A stretch of 64,000 bases of DNA from positions 1 to 64,000 of IMG/VR virus record IMGVR_UViG_3300011717_000032; one strand, given 5' to 3'. Numbering within the stretch: position 1 is the stretch's first letter; the number at the start of each line of letters is the position of its first letter. Of this stretch, positions 45,165 to 54,059 are shown piece after piece. Under the pieces are notes generated by a model. That model had not been told where the DNA came from, made no database searches, and was given only the letters and a program-made list of their open reading frames with translations. A program made the position numbers and the translations under genes. This DNA comes from a virus (taxonomy: Duplodnaviria; Caudoviricetes).

Positions 45165-45361
45165 ATGCGTAAATCAGATGTCATTGACCACTTTGGCGGG
45201 GTTTCAAAAACCGCAAGTGTTCTCGGGATCTCCCACCCGGCAGTTGTCGATGGGGAGATGTAATTCCTCAAAAGCAGGCGTTTGTTATTGAGCGAATTAC
45301 CAAAGGAAAACTCAAGTACGACGCAAGCCTTTATCAAAAGTCTACAGATTCAGCAGCTTGA
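45165..45361 (+). pseudogene. cro: Cro-like regulator with a 1-bp deletion (or sequencing error)
   Basis: Stops at 45263 after 32 aa; adding one T near 45245 restores AVCRWGDVIP...DSAA (65 aa). Confidence 0.8.
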
Positions 45362-45389
45362 TATTAACCACAGAGAAAAGGGGTAAGCC

Positions 45390-45944
45390 GTGGGTATAGA
45401 ACCTGAATGGAAAGTTGATAAGCAACCGGCCTGGCTGGTGGGTGCTATCAAAAAAACGATTACTGAACTGCCTGGCGGATATGCCGAAGCAGCCGAGTGG
45501 TTGGGGGTAACTGAAAACGCTTTGTTTAACCGCCTTCGCACCGATGGCGATCAGATCTTCCCGCTTGGATGGGCCATGGTTCTGCAACGTGCTGGTGGTT
45601 CTACTTACATTGCTGACGCAATCGCTCGGCATTCAAACGGCGTCTTCGTGCCGCTGGCTGATGTTGAAGAGGTTGAGAACGGGGACATCAATCAGCGTCT
45701 GATGGAATCCGTAGAGTGGATCGGCAAGCACTCACAGTATCTGCGTAAAGCAACGGCTGACGGTGTTATTGACGATGCTGAACGCGCTCAAATCGAAGAA
45801 AACAGCTATCAGGTGATGGCTAAGTGGCAGGAACATTTAACGCTGCTTTTCCGTGTGTTTTGCGCACCAGAAAAGAGTGACGCCCGCGAGTGTGCAGCTC
45901 CGGGCGTCGTGGCGTGTCGTATCAGTGGAGAAACTAACGCATGA
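45390..45944 (+). CDS. YmfL-family regulatory protein (CII position)
   Basis: PGGYAEAAEWLGVTENALFNRLR. Confidence 0.85.
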   Translation: MGIEPEWKVDKQPAWLVGAIKKTITELPGGYAEAAEWLGVTENALFNRLRTDGDQIFPLGWAMVLQRAGGSTYIADAIARHSNGVFVPLADVEEVENGDINQRLMESVEWIGKHSQYLRKATADGVIDDAERAQIEENSYQVMAKWQEHLTLLFRVFCAPEKSDARECAAPGVVACRISGETNA

Positions 45945-46267
45945 ACAGTGTAACGGTAAATCACCGTCTGCCGCAACTACGTGGCGTTCCAGTGCATGGG
46001 GCCTCGTCGTTTCGGTATGAGCGCATGGTATCAGGACGCTGGGTTCCGTGTAACCACAGTCGGGCGATGGCAATCGTGGGGGTATGGCGTCGTAAAGCGG
46101 AGGTCTTATGCCAGAGCTTGATCGCAGGTTCAGAGACCACTACGGCGTCCCGGTTAGGGTTATCCGGTGGGAGCCAGAGAGTCGACGCGTTATATACCTG
46201 CGCGACGGGTACGATCATGAGTGCTTCAGCCCTCTTGAGCAATTCCAGCGCAAATTTACAGAGCTAA
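45941..46267 (+). CDS. YmfM-like protein (possible division inhibitor)
   Basis: Position after ymfL; C-terminal half resembles e14 YmfM as recalled. Confidence 0.5.
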   Translation: MNSVTVNHRLPQLRGVPVHGASSFRYERMVSGRWVPCNHSRAMAIVGVWRRKAEVLCQSLIAGSETTTASRLGLSGGSQRVDALYTCATGTIMSASALLSNSSANLQS

Positions 46268-46287
46268 AGGACGACCATGAGCACTAA
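46108..46287 (+). CDS. DUF4222-like small protein (59 aa)
   Basis: Manual translation FRDHYGVPVRVIRWEPESRRVIYLRDGYDHECFSPLEQFQRKF; GGAGG RBS. Confidence 0.75.
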   Translation: MPELDRRFRDHYGVPVRVIRWEPESRRVIYLRDGYDHECFSPLEQFQRKFTELKDDHEH

Positions 46288-47164
46288 ATTAACCGGTTAC
46301 GTTTGGGACGCTTGCGCTTCTTCAGGCATGAAGTTGTCCAGCGTTGCCATCATGGCGCGTCTGGCAGACTTCAGCAGTGATGAGGGGGTTAGTTGGCCCT
46401 CTATCGCTACTATCGCACGTCAGATTGGGGCTGGTGAGAGCACAGTTCGCACGGCAATAGGCCAGCTTGAGAAAGATGGTTGGCTGACCCGGCAGCAGCG
46501 CCGAAAGGGCAACCGTAACGCATCCAACGTTTATCAACTGAACGTTAAAAAGCTCTGTGATTCTGCCTTTTCTCACCTGTCAGAATCTGACGCGTCAAAA
46601 TCTGATGCATCAAAATCCGACCCGTCAAAATTCGATGCGTCGAAAAACAGTAATAACGGCAGTTTTCACCCGTCAGAATCTGGTGGGGATCCGTCAGTAA
46701 ATTCAAATACTGATCCATCAGATAAAAAAACTCCTTGTCAGGTTCCTGGGGAACCCGACGGTGGGCAGGAAGTGAAACAACCTGATCCTGAAGTTTTGTT
46801 AACAGACAATTCCAAACTTGTGCTGAAGCATCTCAACCTGGTGAGCGGTTCTCGCTTCCAGAATTGCTCTGCATCGCTGGAGAACATTCGAGCAAGACTT
46901 CGGGAGGGATTCACGCCGGAAGATCTCATGATGGTGGTCGATTACAAACACGAGCACTGGAAAGGCCTGAAGGATTACCAGTACATGCGCCCAAAAACTC
47001 TTTTTATCCCCGGAAACTTTCCTGGCTACCTGCAGGTTGCTACTCGCTGGGATGCGAAGGGAAGGCCACAACGCGAGAGCTGGGATGCTGCACGAAAGCG
47101 TGACCCTTTGAAGTTCGGAGAACCAGACAAGCAAATTCCTTCAGGTTTCAGGGGAGCAAAATAA
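46277..47164 (+). CDS. Replication initiator (O-like; HTH + conserved C-terminal domain)
   Basis: WPSIATIARQIG HTH; YMRPKTLF; contains iterons. Confidence 0.9.
   Translation: MSTKLTGYVWDACASSGMKLSSVAIMARLADFSSDEGVSWPSIATIARQIGAGESTVRTAIGQLEKDGWLTRQQRRKGNRNASNVYQLNVKKLCDSAFSHLSESDASKSDASKSDPSKFDASKNSNNGSFHPSESGGDPSVNSNTDPSDKKTPCQVPGEPDGGQEVKQPDPEVLLTDNSKLVLKHLNLVSGSRFQNCSASLENIRARLREGFTPEDLMMVVDYKHEHWKGLKDYQYMRPKTLFIPGNFPGYLQVATRWDAKGRPQRESWDAARKRDPLKFGEPDKQIPSGFRGAK
46578..46652 (+). repeat. Five tandem 15-bp iterons (origin)
   Basis: Units like CGTCAAAATCTGATG at 46578, 46593, 46608, 46623 and 46638, followed by an AT-rich stretch. Confidence 0.82.
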
Positions 47165-47610
47165 TGAGCCTTATGAAAACACTCGAAATGTTTATCGCGG
47201 ATAACCCTGGCTTAACCAGCCGCGAGATTGCGGACGCTTTCTCAAATTTCAGCATCGACTCTGTTCAGCGCACCGTCTGCCGACTGCATGATTTTAACTT
47301 CACCACCCGCGAACTGGTTGGTTCTCAGTACCGCTACTACGCAGTGAATGCATCAGCTGGATGTGGTCAGCCGATTCAGCGCGTAGACACCGGAGCCGCC
47401 GATTTGATGAAGAACGCCAAAGCTCTACAGGAAAAGGGTCTGTACCGTCGGGCCGCTTCTCTCTGGCTTGAGGCATTCCAGTGTTCAGACCTCATCACCG
47501 AGCGCGAACGTTGCCTCAAAGAACGCCAGCGCTGCCTGCGCCAGGCCAAATCAACATGCAAACCAGAGGGGCAGTGGTTCCTGGCTGGTCAATTCAACGG
47601 TGGCCACTGA
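47164..47610 (+). CDS. wHTH + PerC-family regulator
   Basis: NPGLTSREIA HTH; AKALQEKGLYRRAASLW PerC motif. Confidence 0.8.
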   Translation: MSLMKTLEMFIADNPGLTSREIADAFSNFSIDSVQRTVCRLHDFNFTTRELVGSQYRYYAVNASAGCGQPIQRVDTGAADLMKNAKALQEKGLYRRAASLWLEAFQCSDLITERERCLKERQRCLRQAKSTCKPEGQWFLAGQFNGGH

Positions 47611-48269
47611 TGAAATACTCTCTGATTTACGCCGATCCAGCCTGGGAATACGGGAACACCATCAGCAACGGCGCTGCGACGAACCACTACGGAACCATGA
47701 AGCTTATCGAAATGAAGCGCCTGCCTATCTGGGAGCTGGCTGCTGAGGATGCTGTTCTGGCTATGTGGTTCACCGGCACTCATACCCGCGAGGCTATCGA
47801 ACTGGCTGAGGCGTGGGGCTTTAAAGTCCGAACCATGAAGGGATTCACTTGGGTGAAGTTCAACCCGCTGGCAGAACAGCACATCAACAAAGCGCTGGAA
47901 TCCGGCAATGTTGAGGACTTTTACGACTTCCTCGATCTGCTGAACGGTCAGACGAAGATGAATGGTGGCAATTATACCCGCGCCAACACCGAGGATCTAC
48001 TTATCGCCACCCGTGGTAAAGGGCTGGAACGGCTGAACGCGAGCGTGAAGCAGGTTATCTACAGCCCACTGGGTGAGCATAGCGCGAAACCGGAGGAGGC
48101 CCGCTTCCGTCTGGAGAAGCTTTACGGTGACGTTCCACGCATTGAGTTATTCAGTCGTTGCTGCGCACCCGGCTGGCATCACTGGGGGAATCAGGCCGAA
48201 TCATCTGATGTTGAGCTTTTGCCTGGCTGGGTGGCGTCGATCAGCAAACCGGAGGAACGAGCAGCATGA
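47610..48269 (+). CDS. MT-A70 family adenine methyltransferase
   Basis: IYADPAW, FTWVK, HSAKP...RIELFSR. Confidence 0.88.
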   Translation: MKYSLIYADPAWEYGNTISNGAATNHYGTMKLIEMKRLPIWELAAEDAVLAMWFTGTHTREAIELAEAWGFKVRTMKGFTWVKFNPLAEQHINKALESGNVEDFYDFLDLLNGQTKMNGGNYTRANTEDLLIATRGKGLERLNASVKQVIYSPLGEHSAKPEEARFRLEKLYGDVPRIELFSRCCAPGWHHWGNQAESSDVELLPGWVASISKPEERAA

Positions 48270-48490
48270 AACTTTCAGCCGAGCAGGAGAATGCAGTACG
48301 CGATGTTGCTCGCCGCTGCGTCCGGGAGATAAGGGAAGCGCTGAAACAGAAGCCCAAACCAAGCTGGAACACTGTTGTTCCGCCGATCCTGAAGAAGTAT
48401 CACGAACTGGTGAAGCCGATGGGCGTAACCCTGGTGAAGTTTAACAGTGAAATTGGTCGCCTGAATGGGCGCTATGGAGTGGAGTCATGA
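48266..48490 (+). CDS. Hypothetical protein
   Basis: 74 aa with ATGA overlaps. Confidence 0.7.
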   Translation: MKLSAEQENAVRDVARRCVREIREALKQKPKPSWNTVVPPILKKYHELVKPMGVTLVKFNSEIGRLNGRYGVES

Positions 48491-48807
48491 TCGGATTAAC
48501 ACCACGTCAGAGTGAAGTGCTGGATGCCATCAATCTCTACAAAGAGCGTACAGGGTTTCCGCCAACGATTTCCGAGCTGACCGTGATGATTGGATGCTCC
48601 TCAGGAAACACTGCTGCCGGGCATGTGAAATCACTTCAGAAAAAGGGTTACATCTCTGTTGCGCCTGGCGCAGCGCGGGGAATAACAGTTCTGAAAAGCG
48701 AATGGGATATGGATGCCGTTTCGATCATCAAGGCTCTTGTTAACGGTGAACAGGGTGCCAGAGAGAACGCCGTCGCCTGGCTGGAAGAACGCGGAGTGAA
48801 ACCATGA
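48487..48807 (+). CDS. LexA DNA-binding-domain-only protein
   Basis: LTPRQSEVL...GFPPTISEL...HVKSLQKKGYI...ARGI; no peptidase domain. Confidence 0.82.
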   Translation: MIGLTPRQSEVLDAINLYKERTGFPPTISELTVMIGCSSGNTAAGHVKSLQKKGYISVAPGAARGITVLKSEWDMDAVSIIKALVNGEQGARENAVAWLEERGVKP

Positions 48808-49193
48808 AATTAACTCTGCCGTTCCCACCAAGCGTTAACACCTACTGGCGCGCGCCGAACAGCGGCCCTCTTAAAGGTCGGCATCTTATCAGCGCAAAGG
48901 GAAGGGCATACCAGAGCGCAGCATGTGCCGCCATCATTGAACACCTACGCTGCCTGCCGAAACCATCAGCGGCAGCCGCAGCGGTAGAGATCGTCCTCTA
49001 TCCGCCGGATGCACGTCCGCGTGACATAGACAACTACAACAAGGCGCTGTTCGACGCTCTCACTCATGCTGGCATCTGGGAGGACGACTGTCAGGTAAAA
49101 CGCATGCTGGTGGAGTGGGGGCCTCAGGTACCAGGTGGGAAGGTGGATATCACGATCACTAAACATGAACCATTGGCGGGTGCAGCCGCCTGA
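48804..49193 (+). CDS. rusA: RusA Holliday junction resolvase
   Basis: LPFPPSVNTYWR, DIDNYNKALFDAL, EDDCQV. Confidence 0.92.
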   Translation: MKLTLPFPPSVNTYWRAPNSGPLKGRHLISAKGRAYQSAACAAIIEHLRCLPKPSAAAAAVEIVLYPPDARPRDIDNYNKALFDALTHAGIWEDDCQVKRMLVEWGPQVPGGKVDITITKHEPLAGAAA

Positions 49194-49208
49194 TAAGTGG
49201 AGAACAGT

Positions 49209-49505
49209 ATGAGCAAGTTGAAAGACCTGGTTTGCAGGCCAGATTTTTTAAGTGTCAGCAGCAATGAAGTAGCCAAGGAGTTTGGCAAACGTCATGACCA
49301 CGTTCTGCGTGATATTCGAGTTATCTTCAACTGGTTAGGTCTTCCAGAAGACCATCTTTCTGGAACTTATACAGATGATCTGGGCAGGGTTTATCCCTGT
49401 TACAGGCTCGATAGGAAATTAGCTTTAGTGTTGCTGACTTCCTATGACAACGCTTCTCGTTTGAAAGTGATTGAGTATTTTATTGAGAATGGTGGTCATC
49501 TATGA
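49209..49505 (+). CDS. Short Rha-family protein
   Basis: SSNEVAKEFGKRHDHVLRDI. Confidence 0.75.
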   Translation: MSKLKDLVCRPDFLSVSSNEVAKEFGKRHDHVLRDIRVIFNWLGLPEDHLSGTYTDDLGRVYPCYRLDRKLALVLLTSYDNASRLKVIEYFIENGGHL

Positions 49506-50203
49506 CAAATCTTGCCAACGTAAAAAGCGATCCTGGATTCTCTGCAATGTCTAGCCTCGAAATCGCTGGCCTTTGTGAAAAAAGACATGACCATGTGATG
49601 GCAGATATCAGGACCATGCTCAAACAGCTCAATATTCAATCTCCCGAATTTGTGGGAGATTACTTTGACGATAGGGGCCGAAATTATCCTTGTTTCCATT
49701 TGCCGAAGGATTTATGCCTGACGCTGGTATCAGGCTATAACGTTGTTCTTCGCAAACGGATCATCGACCGCTGGCTTGAACTGGAGCAACAGAACCAACC
49801 GAAGGTGCCGCAGTCATTCTCTGAGGCTCTGCGTCTTGCTGCTGAGCTTGAAGAGCAAAAGCAACAACTCAGTGACCAGTTGGCTATCGCTGCGCCAAAA
49901 GCAGAATTTGTGGATCGTTACGTTATGGCCACTGGCTCAATGACTTTCCGCCAGGTCGCGAAACTGTTGAACGCTAAAGAAACTGAATTCCGGCTATTCC
50001 TGCTGGAAAGCCACATCATGTACCGGTTGAACGGTACGCTTACGCCATATCATCAGCACATCGAGGCCGAACGCTTTGAAGTGAAGACCGGCACCACCAA
50101 TGCGTCGAACTATGCCTTTAGCCAGGCACGCTTTACAGCGAAGGGTGTGCGCTGGGTAGGTGGACTTTGGGCGGAGCATATCGCTAAGGGGCAAATGGCG
50201 TGA
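49502..50203 (+). CDS. Antirepressor (Rha + Ant/KilA-C)
   Basis: MSSLEIA...RHDHV; PQSFSEALRLAA; APKAEFVD; FTAKG. Confidence 0.88.
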   Translation: MTNLANVKSDPGFSAMSSLEIAGLCEKRHDHVMADIRTMLKQLNIQSPEFVGDYFDDRGRNYPCFHLPKDLCLTLVSGYNVVLRKRIIDRWLELEQQNQPKVPQSFSEALRLAAELEEQKQQLSDQLAIAAPKAEFVDRYVMATGSMTFRQVAKLLNAKETEFRLFLLESHIMYRLNGTLTPYHQHIEAERFEVKTGTTNASNYAFSQARFTAKGVRWVGGLWAEHIAKGQMA

Positions 50204-51189
50204 GAGCTTTACTGACACCTGAGATTGCACCTATTGCCGGGGTTGTGCTCTTCCGGCCCGGAACCGAGTTGATGTGGCTGTTCCGTCAGGGACGCGTTGT
50301 GATCGAAACTCCCGGCGAACAGCTGGCAGATATGCCGTCTGGAGCCTTACCACAATCTCATCAGCCCCTGGCCGAGGATTCCAGCTTACAGCCAGTTTTC
50401 GAAAACCCCAGGGTGATCCAGCGCGCTGGTGGCCTGTCTGTTCTTGATGCCTGGCTGATGAAAAAACGCGAATGCCAGTGGCCTCATAACGACTGGCATG
50501 CAGACGACTTCACCATCATGCGGCACGAACCCGGCAGTATCCTCCTGTGCTGGGGATGTGATAACCAGTTGCGTGATCAATCCACTGAAAGGCTGGCAGG
50601 CATTGCCCGTAAAAACCTGGTATCCTGGCTGTTGAAGACCGTAAGCGGTCAACTTGGCTTCAGTGAAGATCACGTGCTTACGCTGCCGGAGTTCTGCTGG
50701 TGGCTGGTGAAGAACGGTCTGGCAGATGTTATCCCGGAAAGCATGGCTATTAAGGCTCTGAGGCTACAGCCAGAACCTATGCAATCAGTAATGCGCGAAA
50801 GTGAAATTACTCCATCGTTACCAGCGGTAGAACTGCTGCAGGAGAAAGCAAAAAAAATAGTGGCGGTGAAGGTTGATCCAGACACCCCGGAATCCTTCAT
50901 GCTGAAACCTAAGCGCCGCCGCTGGGAAAATGAGAAGTACACCCGTTGGGTTAAGTCGCAGCAGTGCATGTGCTGTAACAGCCCGGCAGACGATCCCCAC
51001 CACCTGATAGGCCACGGGCAGGGTGGAATGGGTACAAAGGCGCATGACCTGTTTGTGATACCTCTGTGCAGAGAGCATCACGACGAGTTGCACGCTGGCC
51101 CTGTGGCATTTGAAGCGAAATACGGCGACCAGTTGACGCTGCTGTTTCGGTTTTTAGATCGTGCGCTGGCTATCGGCGTACTGGCGTAG
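50200..51189 (+). CDS. DUF968/YdfU-family protein
   Basis: MRALLTPEIA; CMCC...DDPHH...PLCREHHDELH. Confidence 0.88.
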   Translation: MRALLTPEIAPIAGVVLFRPGTELMWLFRQGRVVIETPGEQLADMPSGALPQSHQPLAEDSSLQPVFENPRVIQRAGGLSVLDAWLMKKRECQWPHNDWHADDFTIMRHEPGSILLCWGCDNQLRDQSTERLAGIARKNLVSWLLKTVSGQLGFSEDHVLTLPEFCWWLVKNGLADVIPESMAIKALRLQPEPMQSVMRESEITPSLPAVELLQEKAKKIVAVKVDPDTPESFMLKPKRRRWENEKYTRWVKSQQCMCCNSPADDPHHLIGHGQGGMGTKAHDLFVIPLCREHHDELHAGPVAFEAKYGDQLTLLFRFLDRALAIGVLA

Positions 51190-51201
51190 TGGAGACGCAA
51201 A

Positions 51202-51780
51202 ATGATTAACCCTTCTGAAGTTGGCAAGGCGGGCGAAATGGTTCGCCTGCGCACTCTCGAAAGCATCTGGATTCAGGGCAAGCTCCGCATGTGGGGCCGC
51301 TGGTCTTATATCGGTGGCGGTTCTGGCGGGAACATGTTCAACCAGCTGCTGGCATCTGGAAAAATCACCAAGACGGCTATCAACGATGCGCTTCGACGTA
51401 TGAAAAAATCCGGCATCAGCAAACCTGAGCTTGAAGCGTTCTTTAAGGAGATCCTTGAAGGTAAGCACAAAAGCGGCCTGGCGTTCTGTACCGACGACGA
51501 AGCAATGATTATTGACTCAGTGATGAGCGAAGTACTGGTCCGTTCTGGCAATGAAAAACTGCAGGCAGTCATTGAGAAGCGTTATGTACGCCGCTTGAGT
51601 AAAAAGGCCATTGCGCGAGATCTGAATGAAAAACATCCTGAGTGGTGCTTACGAACCTGCGAAAGCAGGATCGATGTCTGGCTAAATGTTGCCGAATCGA
51701 TGCTTTACAAGCCAATGTGTGACGCATTCGGCAAAAATGGCGACAAGTTTTACTTGAATGATTGCGCGGAAAATGCTTAA
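51202..51780 (+). CDS. Q: Late antiterminator Q (DUF1133 type)
   Basis: WIQGKLRMWGRWS, FCTDDEA; precedes the lysis cassette. Confidence 0.82.
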   Translation: MINPSEVGKAGEMVRLRTLESIWIQGKLRMWGRWSYIGGGSGGNMFNQLLASGKITKTAINDALRRMKKSGISKPELEAFFKEILEGKHKSGLAFCTDDEAMIIDSVMSEVLVRSGNEKLQAVIEKRYVRRLSKKAIARDLNEKHPEWCLRTCESRIDVWLNVAESMLYKPMCDAFGKNGDKFYLNDCAENA

Positions 51781-51831
51781 ATTCTGGTAAGCTCGGGACG
51801 TTAAAGCGAACTGAGCAACAAAACAAAACAG

Positions 51832-51856
51832 AAACCCGCCATTGAGCGGGTTTTTT
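51832..51856 (+). terminator. tR'-like terminator
   Basis: AAACCCGC-cattga-GCGGGTTTTTT. Confidence 0.8.
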
Positions 51857-51969
51857 ATCTTCTAAGGTCACCTTCTGGTGGCCTTTTCTATTTCAGGCTC
51901 CCGGATACCCCCATCACAGGTCTTGTCGTTATTCATCCGGAGAGCCTGATCTCTACACATGGATCAACT

Positions 51970-52368
51970 ATGCATGACCCACTGACCATTGCTGGCGGAG
52001 TAACATCCGCAACAATCGGAGTGACGTTCGCATCTATGTTCCCGGAGGCTACGCCAGGCGTAATGCTCGGTGCGCTGTCCGGTGCTGCAATGTACGTGCT
52101 GACATCCGATCCACATCAATTCTGGAAGCAGTTCCTGTTCGCCGTCATCAGCTTTGTTGGTGGGGTGTTCTTCTCAGTACCGATGGCGAAGATACTGGCC
52201 GGAGTGATTAATGCTGGTCTTGGCTTACTTAAGCCACCGGTAGTGATCGAAGTATCCCCGAATATCGGCGCGCTGGTTTCCGCTTCCATCTCTGTCGCAG
52301 TCCTGCTTCGTATCCTCGCCAAATCAAAACGGGGGAAGATGCCGGGACTGGAGGAGGAAGGCCAATGA
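51970..52368 (+). CDS. Putative holin
   Basis: Several TM segments; first lysis gene. Confidence 0.8.
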   Translation: MHDPLTIAGGVTSATIGVTFASMFPEATPGVMLGALSGAAMYVLTSDPHQFWKQFLFAVISFVGGVFFSVPMAKILAGVINAGLGLLKPPVVIEVSPNIGALVSASISVAVLLRILAKSKRGKMPGLEEEGQ

Positions 52369-52646
52369 CATGGCAAACCATCGTTCTGGATGCAAACGCC
52401 ATTATCTGCGCACTAATCGTTGTCAGGCTGATGTTCTTCAGTAAGAGCGGTAAACGGCATCGGCCAGGAGTGGCCTGGATGGCATATCTGATGATCCTTG
52501 CCTCCGGCTTCACTGCGTTCCGAATCCTCTATGGGAAATACCTGCAGGTGGATCCGGGAGAGTTAATGCTAAACCTCGCAATATGCGTCGCCGTGTGGCG
52601 TTCACGCGGTAACCTCGCAAAGGTATTCCAGAAGGCTGACCAATGA
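52365..52646 (+). CDS. Holin-family membrane protein
   Basis: Three TM segments, RGNLAK tail. Confidence 0.78.
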   Translation: MTWQTIVLDANAIICALIVVRLMFFSKSGKRHRPGVAWMAYLMILASGFTAFRILYGKYLQVDPGELMLNLAICVAVWRSRGNLAKVFQKADQ

Positions 52647-53185
52647 CCAAAGACGATATTTTCAATGGCATCCTCGGAAAAGAGGGAGGCTACGTGAATC
52701 ATCCTGATGACAAAGGCGGCCCGACGAATTGGGGAATTACCCAGGCGACCGCTCGCGCCCACGGTTTTAAAGGTGATATGCGTGACCTGACCCGTGAACA
52801 GGCCCTCATGATTCTGGAGAATGATTACTGGTATGGGCCACGCTTCGACCAGGTAGCGGTTGTCTCCCCGACCATTGCAGCTGAGCTCTGCGACACAGGT
52901 GTGAATATGGGGCCCTCGGTTCAGGTGAAGTGGTTACAGCGCTGGCTTAACGCATTCAATGACCAGCAGAAACTTTATCCAGACCTGAGCGCCGACGGTC
53001 AGATTGGGCCACGCAGCATTAGCGCACTAAAGTCATTTCTGGGTAAACGAGGCAAAGAAGGCGAGTCCGTATTGCTTCGCGCTCTAAATTGCAGCCAGGG
53101 TCAGCGTTACCTCGAACTGGCAGAGCAGCGACCTGCAAATGAGTCATTCATCTACGGATGGATGCGGGAGCGCGTGAGCCTATGA
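52643..53185 (+). CDS. Endolysin, GH108 + peptidoglycan-binding domain
   Basis: KEGGYVNHPDDKGGPTNWGIT, DGQIGPRS, FIYGW. Confidence 0.93.
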   Translation: MTKDDIFNGILGKEGGYVNHPDDKGGPTNWGITQATARAHGFKGDMRDLTREQALMILENDYWYGPRFDQVAVVSPTIAAELCDTGVNMGPSVQVKWLQRWLNAFNDQQKLYPDLSADGQIGPRSISALKSFLGKRGKEGESVLLRALNCSQGQRYLELAEQRPANESFIYGWMRERVSL

Positions 53186-53454
53186 CGAATCTGAAAGCTA
53201 TCTTTGCGTTTATCGCCGCCGCCGCGCTGGTGGTGCTTGGAGCTTTTGGTATTGGCAGTATGCGCGGCCGGGAGAAGGCAGAAGCCAAAGTTGATAAGCA
53301 GCGAACCGATGAGAATGCCGCGGCCACCAAAGCAGCCGCAGAACGCCGCGTTGAAGTAACCAAGGAGACCAGCAATGTTCAGCAGACTGTTAACCATATG
53401 CCTGATGACGATGTTGATCGTGAGCTGCGCGCAAACTGGACCCGCAAAGGTTGA
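53182..53454 (+). CDS. i-spanin-like (Rz) protein
   Basis: N-terminal TM; homolog of 12591-12866. Confidence 0.75.
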   Translation: MTNLKAIFAFIAAAALVVLGAFGIGSMRGREKAEAKVDKQRTDENAAATKAAAERRVEVTKETSNVQQTVNHMPDDDVDRELRANWTRKG

Positions 53455-53593
53455 AGTTATCGACACCGGATGTGACTGGGTCAACGTCATTCGCCTCAGT
53501 GAGCACGACATTGAAGTAATGGATCGGCAGACGAAGAAAGACGTACTGGCGCATAACAAATCAGTGCAGGCGAACTGCCGCAAACAGGAGTAG
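53375..53593 (+). CDS. o-spanin-like (Rz1) lipoprotein
   Basis: Lipobox LIVSC; overlaps Rz. Confidence 0.75.
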   Translation: MFSRLLTICLMTMLIVSCAQTGPAKVEVIDTGCDWVNVIRLSEHDIEVMDRQTKKDVLAHNKSVQANCRKQE

Positions 53594-53596
53594 CGC

Positions 53597-53944
53597 ATGC
53601 TTCTGAGTTCACATTCCATAGCGGGTCTTTTCCCGTATCCGAAAAAGCGAGAGCAACTGATGAGTGAAGCAAAACCGCAGGATGGCAGCACAGTAAAGGG
53701 TTATCGAACCCTTACCGACGACGACATCGCACAAATGAATGAGCTGAAAGATATTAGCCGTGACTTTTGCGAAAAGCTCGATATCGAGCGCCATCACATT
53801 CACCTTGAGATTGAGGAAGGTGACGCACCGGATAAAGACCAGTGCAATGACGCTCTGCGCTGCCTGTCCATTGCCCGTACCAAAATGCAGGAAGCCTGTA
53901 TGTGGGCCTGTCGTGCTGTAGCGCGTCCTGCCTCTGATTGTTAA
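53597..53944 (+). CDS. Acb2-like cyclic-oligonucleotide sponge (anti-CBASS)
   Basis: VKGYRTL...MNELK, RCLSIARTKMQEACMWACRAVARP. Confidence 0.72.
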   Translation: MLLSSHSIAGLFPYPKKREQLMSEAKPQDGSTVKGYRTLTDDDIAQMNELKDISRDFCEKLDIERHHIHLEIEEGDAPDKDQCNDALRCLSIARTKMQEACMWACRAVARPASDC

Positions 53945-54059
53945 GCCATTACAAAGCTCATCTGCTGGTGGGCTTGATAATGGTATCCCCCAGAGAGGAT
54001 AAATTAAAAATATCCTCTGTAGCGGCTAAAGAAGTCAATCATTTATAAGAGGATAATCA

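Noticed and set aside
45241-45263. Programmed frameshift rescuing cro
   Set aside because: No X XXY YYZ slippery heptamer or stimulatory structure at the site; mutation or sequencing error is more likely
46578-46652. CRISPR-like or toxin-antitoxin RNA repeats
   Set aside because: Directly abutting 15-bp units with no spacers, inside the O-like gene: iterons. No CRISPR array or cas genes seen in the window
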